This document shows positions 58,079 through 64,000 of a stretch of DNA of 64,000 nucleotides, piece after piece. The translations under genes were made by a program, and so were the position numbers. Positions within the stretch are counted from its first letter, which is position 1, and every line of letters begins with the position of its first letter. The notes under the pieces were generated by a model. The model saw only the letters and a program-made list of their open reading frames with translations. It searched no databases and was not told the origin of the DNA. Source of the stretch: a virus; IMG/VR virus record IMGVR_UViG_3300048929_000185, positions 32,001 to 96,000 of that record; one strand, written 5' to 3'.

Positions 58079-59611
58079 ATGAAGAACAAAAATATACAGG
58101 TAACTTTTAATGCAAAAATTACTCCAATAAAACCTGTTAACGAAGAATTTACTCTATGCAAATGTTATGTGCAAGGGATTGGGAAAAACCGCAACGGAAG
58201 TTACATGAGCAAAGAAAATGTTGAAAAGTACTCTCCAACTCTTAATTATTGTCCAGTTGTTGGACACATAATCGAAGCCACAGATCCTGGGACAAAAGAG
58301 ACTCATAGATACATGGGTGGGCATGATTGGACGGTAGATGAAAACTGGGAAATTGTAGATTTAACGGTTCCATATGGGGTTGTTGTAAATGACACATTCG
58401 ATTATGAAACTGTAAACGAATATGGAGTTGATGTTGAGTATTTAACTGCTCACGTTATTTTATGGACTGGCAGATATCCAGAACTTAAAGATGCAATTTA
58501 TTCTGATAATTTTTGGTTTAATCAATCAATGGAAATTAGTCCAAAACAATATCGTCAATTAGAAGATGATTCTAATTATGTGGAACTATTGGAGTGGAAC
58601 TATTCTGCTTTATGCTTATTGGGCAAAGCAGATGATAAAACAAGCCCAGAGCATACAGAGCCTTGCTTTATTAGTTCTAGTGTTATACCTATTGAGTTCT
58701 CAAAGGCTGAATTTGCATTAGAGTTTAAAGAATTAAAAGAGAAATTATCTGCTTGCTTTAACTATGAAGGAGCAGAAAAAGGAGGTAATAATTTGAATAA
58801 AAAAGAAGAAATTATGATCAAATATGGCAAGACCGTTTCTGATTTAAATTTTTCATATGAAGATATGACAGATGAAGAATTTGAATCTAAAATGTTTGAT
58901 CTATTTGGGAAGACAGATGAGCCAATCTTGTTTTCTACTACTTATAGGCAGAAAAGAGATGCGTTGTCAAATGCTCTTGATTCTGTAATTGTAAAAGATC
59001 TAAATGGAAACGTAACAGAAGAAACATATTTTTATGTTGAAGACTTTGATGATGAATACGTTTACGTAGAAAGAGATCATTGGACTGTGAATGATTATGA
59101 ATCTAAATATGGACGTTTTACATATTCGTTTGACGATTCAAATTTAACCGCTACGATTACTGGCGAATTTGAAGAAATGATTAAAGTATGGCTCACCATA
59201 GAAGAAAATCAGCAAGTACAGGAAGCAAGAAATTCATACTCAAAGTTAGAACAGGAATTTTTAGATTACAAGAAACAATACTCTGTCTCTAATGAAGAGT
59301 TTGATGTACTTAAATCATACAAAGAAAGCAAAGAAGCTGAGGAAAGAAAATTTGCAGAAACTGGAATTTTTGAAAAGTATGATAAGAAAATCGGTACGAC
59401 AAAAGAGTTTGAAGAATTAAAGAAAACTTCATCTAATTATTCCATAAAAGACTTGGAAAAAGAATGTTTATGTATCGTTGGATTGTATTCATTTGAAGAT
59501 GAAGGTACAGACGGTTCAATTAAAGGAGATTCAATTAAATTCTCTGCTACGAATGAGACAAATAATGAAGATCCAATTGATGCAACATATAAAAAATATT
59601 TAAAGAGATAA
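58079..59611 (+). CDS. Prohead protease/scaffold protein (YonD-like)
   Basis: KNRNGS, LWTGRY, NQSMEI, LCLLG, EPCF; acidic coiled-coil C-terminus. Confidence 0.8.
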   Translation: MKNKNIQVTFNAKITPIKPVNEEFTLCKCYVQGIGKNRNGSYMSKENVEKYSPTLNYCPVVGHIIEATDPGTKETHRYMGGHDWTVDENWEIVDLTVPYGVVVNDTFDYETVNEYGVDVEYLTAHVILWTGRYPELKDAIYSDNFWFNQSMEISPKQYRQLEDDSNYVELLEWNYSALCLLGKADDKTSPEHTEPCFISSSVIPIEFSKAEFALEFKELKEKLSACFNYEGAEKGGNNLNKKEEIMIKYGKTVSDLNFSYEDMTDEEFESKMFDLFGKTDEPILFSTTYRQKRDALSNALDSVIVKDLNGNVTEETYFYVEDFDDEYVYVERDHWTVNDYESKYGRFTYSFDDSNLTATITGEFEEMIKVWLTIEENQQVQEARNSYSKLEQEFLDYKKQYSVSNEEFDVLKSYKESKEAEERKFAETGIFEKYDKKIGTTKEFEELKKTSSNYSIKDLEKECLCIVGLYSFEDEGTDGSIKGDSIKFSATNETNNEDPIDATYKKYLKR

Positions 59612-59631
59612 GAAAGTGAGGATTAAATAAT

Positions 59632-60102
59632 ATGGCAAAAGCAATTATCAGACTCGACAATGTGTCTGCAACAAAAAACGGGAATTTATTAAAGAGTGTA
59701 AAAATCTCAGCTGAATTACAGAATGGTTCTGTAGTCGCAATTGGAGGACTCGTAAGTGGTGAAAGAGAAACCCACACAGCCACCACTCCAGCAGTAGATA
59801 CTACATACTACGGAATTCTGTGCACTCCAGAATTAATGTATGACGAAAAGAAACAGATGGATGAATTTGTTAATGTTGTTGATAAACCAGCGAGAGCATT
59901 TATTCCAACAAAAGGGGATATTTTCTCTGCTACGGTTGAGGCTTTTGATGCAACTCCTACAGTTGGTAAATTAGTTGAGCTTGCAGCTGCAAACACAATG
60001 AAAGTTGTAACGACCGCAACTTCTGGATCTACACAGATTGGTAAGGTTATTGGAATTGACGTATATGGAACAAAAACATTTTACGCTGTTGAAGTACAGT
60101 AA
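59632..60102 (+). CDS. Head decoration/cement protein (YonC-like)
   Basis: 156 aa between scaffold and capsid genes. Confidence 0.65.
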   Translation: MAKAIIRLDNVSATKNGNLLKSVKISAELQNGSVVAIGGLVSGERETHTATTPAVDTTYYGILCTPELMYDEKKQMDEFVNVVDKPARAFIPTKGDIFSATVEAFDATPTVGKLVELAAANTMKVVTTATSGSTQIGKVIGIDVYGTKTFYAVEVQ

Positions 60103-60127
60103 TTAAGAAAGTGAGGATAGACTTAAT

Positions 60128-61123
60128 ATGAGTAAAGAAATTATCAAAATTGCGGTAGAGGCATATAAGGGAAGACAGTATGGAAATTATTCCACTTCCG
60201 ATTCAATGGAAGTATTAAGAAACGCTTTAGTAGAAGCAAATAATGGCAAGGCATATTTAGATTATAGAGACATTCGAGATGGAAAATGCAGTGGATTATT
60301 CGCAATTATGGAAGAGATTATCACAAAGACAGTTCTTGAAGGACTGCCAGACTCCTCTCCTATTTTCCAGTTTGTAGATTTTAGAAATAAGGCACTCGGC
60401 GATCAGGATTCCTTTATCGTAAGGGATACTGGTCTTTTTACTGTTGCCGATATTGCTGAAGGAACACAGGGAGTAAGAAGACAGAGAGCCGTAAGCGGAG
60501 AAACAATTTATGTAACTCCACAGCTGAAGGCAATTAAGATCTATGATGAACTGAATCTTATTTTAGCTAATCGTATTGATATGAACGAATTAATTAACAG
60601 AGTATCAAGATCTTTTATTGCTAAGACAAATACAGACATCTACACATCATTTGCCGGTACATATTCTAAACTTGTTGCACCATATCAGGTATCAGGTACA
60701 TTTGCAGAAGATAAACTTGCAACATTAATTGATCATGTAGAAGCAGCTACTGGTATGACTGCATATGTTTTAGGTTCAAAACAGGCAGTTAGAAAGATTA
60801 CTGGCGTTAAGGGTGCTGATTCAGATTCTGCAAAAGAGGCTCTTTACAACGTAGGATATTATGGTAACTTTGGAGCAAATCCAGTTATCGCAATGCAGAA
60901 CGCTCACAAAGTGGGTTCTACTGATTTTGTTTTAAATGATACAGATTTACATGTTGTAGCAGGTGAAGATAAATTTATCAAGTATGTAACAGAAGGTGAT
61001 ACCTTGATTATTCCGGGAACACCAATGTCTAACGCAGATCTCTCCCAGGAGTTCTTAATGGCTCAAAGAAGCAATGCAGGTATCGTTATGTCTGAAGTGT
61101 TTGGATGTTATAGAATTGGCTAA
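60128..61123 (+). CDS. Major capsid protein (YonB-like)
   Basis: 331 aa, position, FVDFRNKALGD, followed by a strong terminator. Confidence 0.8.
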   Translation: MSKEIIKIAVEAYKGRQYGNYSTSDSMEVLRNALVEANNGKAYLDYRDIRDGKCSGLFAIMEEIITKTVLEGLPDSSPIFQFVDFRNKALGDQDSFIVRDTGLFTVADIAEGTQGVRRQRAVSGETIYVTPQLKAIKIYDELNLILANRIDMNELINRVSRSFIAKTNTDIYTSFAGTYSKLVAPYQVSGTFAEDKLATLIDHVEAATGMTAYVLGSKQAVRKITGVKGADSDSAKEALYNVGYYGNFGANPVIAMQNAHKVGSTDFVLNDTDLHVVAGEDKFIKYVTEGDTLIIPGTPMSNADLSQEFLMAQRSNAGIVMSEVFGCYRIG

Positions 61124-61134
61124 TTAATAATACG

Positions 61135-61167
61135 GTACGGTTAGATTATACTAACCGTACTATTTTT
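61135..61167 (+). terminator. Rho-independent terminator after the capsid gene
   Basis: GTACGGTTAG-attata-CTAACCGTAC followed by TATTTTT. Confidence 0.85.
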
Positions 61168-61193
61168 ATATGAATAAATGGAGGTAATAAAAT

Positions 61194-61823
61194 ATGGCAA
61201 ATTTAACAAAGGAAGAACGTGAAAGGCGACTCGCTGAAAAGGAAGCAAAGGTGCGTTCTGAATTAGAAGAAAAAATACGAAAAGAGTATGAAGCTAAGTT
61301 AAATGTTACGTCAGTAAGTCATGAAGAAGTAAAAAAGAATCATACGAAAAAGAAAACTAAAATTCCTCTTGATATCTTAGTGCCTGTTAAAAGTGGCGTA
61401 CAGGGTATATTGGTGTATGGTTCAAGAAAAACGATTGGATATCAGATTGAATGGGATTCCTATGGTTCTATTGAGTATGTGGAACTGGGAGAACTATTAT
61501 CAATGAGAAATACAAATCGTAGTTTTTACAAAAATAATTGGATATTCTTTGAAGATACTGATGAGTATACTGCGGTAGAAATATATGAGTTCTTAGATGT
61601 GGCGCAATACTATCAAAACACCATTATTGGAGAGGACATAGAAACTATTTTCACAAAATCGTTAGATGATATACGCAAGATTATAACCCCATTGTCAAAA
61701 GGAGTTAAAGATACAATAGCCACAAAAGCGCGTTTAATGATTGACAGTGGAGAATTTGATTCAATTAATAGAATTCAGTTATTAGAGGAATTGCTTGATG
61801 TTGAGTTAAAGCCTTCTTATTAA
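61194..61823 (+). CDS. YonA-like virion/assembly protein
   Basis: ELLSMRN, FDSINRI..LEELL; position. Confidence 0.7.
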   Translation: MANLTKEERERRLAEKEAKVRSELEEKIRKEYEAKLNVTSVSHEEVKKNHTKKKTKIPLDILVPVKSGVQGILVYGSRKTIGYQIEWDSYGSIEYVELGELLSMRNTNRSFYKNNWIFFEDTDEYTAVEIYEFLDVAQYYQNTIIGEDIETIFTKSLDDIRKIITPLSKGVKDTIATKARLMIDSGEFDSINRIQLLEELLDVELKPSY

Positions 61824-61833
61824 GGAGGTATTT

Positions 61834-62274
61834 ATGAATACTACATACCAATTTGTTTATGACGAGTTTAAAGACGGGATTACAGATCCTGATTTATTGC
61901 AATTTGCAGAAGAACTTCAGTCTGAGATGCTTTTGGCAATTATGAGAAAAGCAATATCAAAATGTAACAGAATAGTAAAAAAAATGTGTGATTTAAACGA
62001 CAGAAATGATTTAACGGCAGAGTTTAATATGTCTGTTCCAGACGATGTGTTGGATGTATTGTTGGAATGGATGACTGTTATATGGTTAAAACCTTATGTA
62101 AATAATATTGAAAACTTAAAAAATAATTTGAACACAAAAGACTTTACCATGTATTCTCCAGCTAATTTATTAGAAAAAATCGGTGATAGATACGATTATT
62201 CCTTTAAATATGCAAATAGTTTGGCAAACAAATTTTCCTACATATATGGAGATTTGGAGAATTTAAAATCATGA
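61834..62274 (+). CDS. Head-tail adaptor-like protein
   Basis: DFTMYSPANLL; position. Confidence 0.65.
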   Translation: MNTTYQFVYDEFKDGITDPDLLQFAEELQSEMLLAIMRKAISKCNRIVKKMCDLNDRNDLTAEFNMSVPDDVLDVLLEWMTVIWLKPYVNNIENLKNNLNTKDFTMYSPANLLEKIGDRYDYSFKYANSLANKFSYIYGDLENLKS

Positions 62275-62609
62275 TTACCGTTGAATATGGTTTATTGCCA
62301 ACCGAAAGTTTTAACAATTATTTTAAGTTTTTAATAAATAAGACATATAAGATTTTACCAATGAAAGAAGAAAAGTCAGAGACACTTAAATCTTATTTGG
62401 AAAGCTACCAAAGGGAACTAATTGGAAATCAAAAGCTAATCATAGAACTGACTAATGAACCTCAATTTATTACCGTATTAAACATAATTCAATATTTGAT
62501 TAGCGAAGAATATTCACTGGATACGTGTAAAAAAGAGGTGTTTAGGTGCATTCACATTCTTGAAAAAATTAAAGATAAATATTTTACTGAGGAGGTAGAT
62601 CATGGATAG
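62271..62609 (+). CDS. Hypothetical structural-module protein
   Basis: ATGA overlap; YKILPMKEE. Confidence 0.7.
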   Translation: MITVEYGLLPTESFNNYFKFLINKTYKILPMKEEKSETLKSYLESYQRELIGNQKLIIELTNEPQFITVLNIIQYLISEEYSLDTCKKEVFRCIHILEKIKDKYFTEEVDHG

Positions 62610-63612
62610 ATATTCAGCCCGTATTAATCTACATGGCACTTCTCAAAGAGAACGTTTAATTAGCCGTTGTAAGGATAGCTTAACTCGCAAATTACCAGAT
62701 TCAGGGGCGTACAAAAGTGTAAAGCTAAACGGTGAAGCGTCAAGTTTAGTTATAAATTCAGGCACTAAACCCTATTATAAAGAATTCACATCTCTACCTG
62801 GGCAAACAGTTTTAGCTGGAGACTATGTTGAATGGGCAAATAATACGTGGTTAATCTACGAAGCAGATTGCGATGACGAAGTTTACATTGATGGAAAAAT
62901 GTATCAATGCAATTACATTCAAAGATGGCAAAATGAAAATGGAACCATAATTGAGCGTCCAAGTTATGTTACAAGAGAGTCAAGTACTGGAGAAGATGGG
63001 AATAAAACAATTACTCTAGGTGCAAATGAATATTTCGTGTATATGCCATATGACGAAGAAACGGTTAAACTTCGTAATGGGGAAAGAGTATATATTGATT
63101 TTAACTCAAACAGTCCAAATCCATATATATTAACATTACCTGATAATGTCTCGATGAAGTTTGGATCAAAGGGAGTTCTTTGTTATTTATTTGAACAAAC
63201 AGAAAAAAGTCCAGACAAAGATAAATTAATTACTCTTGAATCTGGAGAAAAGGCATGGATTGCAGATTACATCTCTCCCACTCCTACGCCAGAGCCAACG
63301 CCTACAACAAAATCATATATAGCCACTATCGTATGCACCAAAGCAGCTATTGCATCTGGAAGCAATCGTAAGTTTACAGCAAAATTCACAGATACCGATG
63401 GAAATGTAATTACTACTCTTACACCGAAGTGGACTGTAACTTCTGATTTTAGTGATAAATTAACCACGACTTATGGTGCTGATTATATAAGAATTGGCGT
63501 TGATGATGACTCGTTAATCAATGAACATTTTATGCTTAAATTAGAATCTACAGATGATTCTGCGGAGCCAAATGAAATATCGATTTTAATTACGTCACTA
63601 TATGGAGGATAA
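62602..63612 (+). CDS. Head-closure-like protein with PT linker and Ig-like C-terminus
   Basis: GDYVEW..WLI, CNY..RW; PTPTPEPTPT linker. Confidence 0.65.
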   Translation: MDRYSARINLHGTSQRERLISRCKDSLTRKLPDSGAYKSVKLNGEASSLVINSGTKPYYKEFTSLPGQTVLAGDYVEWANNTWLIYEADCDDEVYIDGKMYQCNYIQRWQNENGTIIERPSYVTRESSTGEDGNKTITLGANEYFVYMPYDEETVKLRNGERVYIDFNSNSPNPYILTLPDNVSMKFGSKGVLCYLFEQTEKSPDKDKLITLESGEKAWIADYISPTPTPEPTPTTKSYIATIVCTKAAIASGSNRKFTAKFTDTDGNVITTLTPKWTVTSDFSDKLTTTYGADYIRIGVDDDSLINEHFMLKLESTDDSAEPNEISILITSLYGG

Positions 63613-63621
63613 GGAGGGTAA

Positions 63622-64000
63622 ATGAAAAGTGCTTTAAAAGATTTTGGATTATATAAGAATAGACTAATTGAAGCATTTTTGTCCTCTCCTGATATCCTAA
63701 AATTATTACTTGGAGATTTGTATGACGAAAATGCAGAGATGTCAGATATAAGAGATATGTTAGTTTATCAACACATATTCCCATACTTATACATACCAGA
63801 AGTTCAGAGTGAAAAGAAGTCATATATATGCATTGATTGTAGAGCTAGCTTTTCCGGAAGTATGAAAAACAATATACTCACAATATGGGCGTTTTGTTCA
63901 AAGGATAAAGACTTTATGAGGTATTCGTATCCGGGATATGTTGGTACAAGAAGTGATATATTGGCAGACATGATCGACAGACGATTATATGATTCGTACA
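63622..64000 (+). CDS. Structural-module protein (partial, runs off the right end)
   Basis: AAGGAGG RBS; MKSALKDFGLYKNRLI...HIFPYLYIP. Confidence 0.65.
   Translation, partial: MKSALKDFGLYKNRLIEAFLSSPDILKLLLGDLYDENAEMSDIRDMLVYQHIFPYLYIPEVQSEKKSYICIDCRASFSGSMKNNILTIWAFCSKDKDFMRYSYPGYVGTRSDILADMIDRRLYDSY

Larger units (their letters stand above)
1..64000. mobile_element. SPbeta-like large temperate phage/prophage segment (both ends lie outside the window)
   Basis: Gene content and order resemble SPbeta: YonO-like RNAP, HU, phosphoesterase, terminase, portal, protease/scaffold, capsid; divergent early and late arms; no host housekeeping genes. Confidence 0.9.

Noticed and set aside
63277-63306. 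PTPTPEPTPT repeat
   Set aside because: Ordinary flexible linker in a structural protein

Overview
The whole window is part of a large SPbeta-like temperate phage (or prophage/phage-plasmid) of a low-GC Firmicute. The endolysin repeats suggest a Lachnospiraceae-type host (inference). No host genes are visible. Left arm (1-34.5 kb, minus strand): replication/recombination genes (DnaB-like N-terminus, SSB, HNH, Sak), about 60 small accessory genes, three antirepressor-like genes, an MrpR/YopR-like repressor, an orphan MazF/PemK and an intact tyrosine recombinase. A 2.3 kb non-coding, strand-asymmetric switch region (34.9-37.3 kb) follows. Right arm (plus strand): Rep-like gene with iteron-like repeats, YonO-like RNA polymerase, an atypical tRNA-Ser, beta-CASP RNase, ClpP, phosphoesterase, HU, Rha, a second tyrosine recombinase, a large structured RNA candidate, endolysin/holin and the head module. 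Main observations: (1) about 45 copies of an 18-bp imperfect inverted repeat (WTRAAA-N6-WTTYAT) sit at gene junctions across the accessory arm, often supplying the stop codon, suggesting an integron-like cassette array; (2) a 340-nt group I intron splits the DxDGD catalytic motif of the RNA polymerase; (3) a rich RNA layer: twister and hammerhead-like ribozymes, two large structured RNA candidates, four antisense sRNA units and boxA-like sites; (4) paired operators spaced 36 bp apart; (5) repeated apparent ATT/ATA/ATC start codons. All calls are by eye, without database searches.
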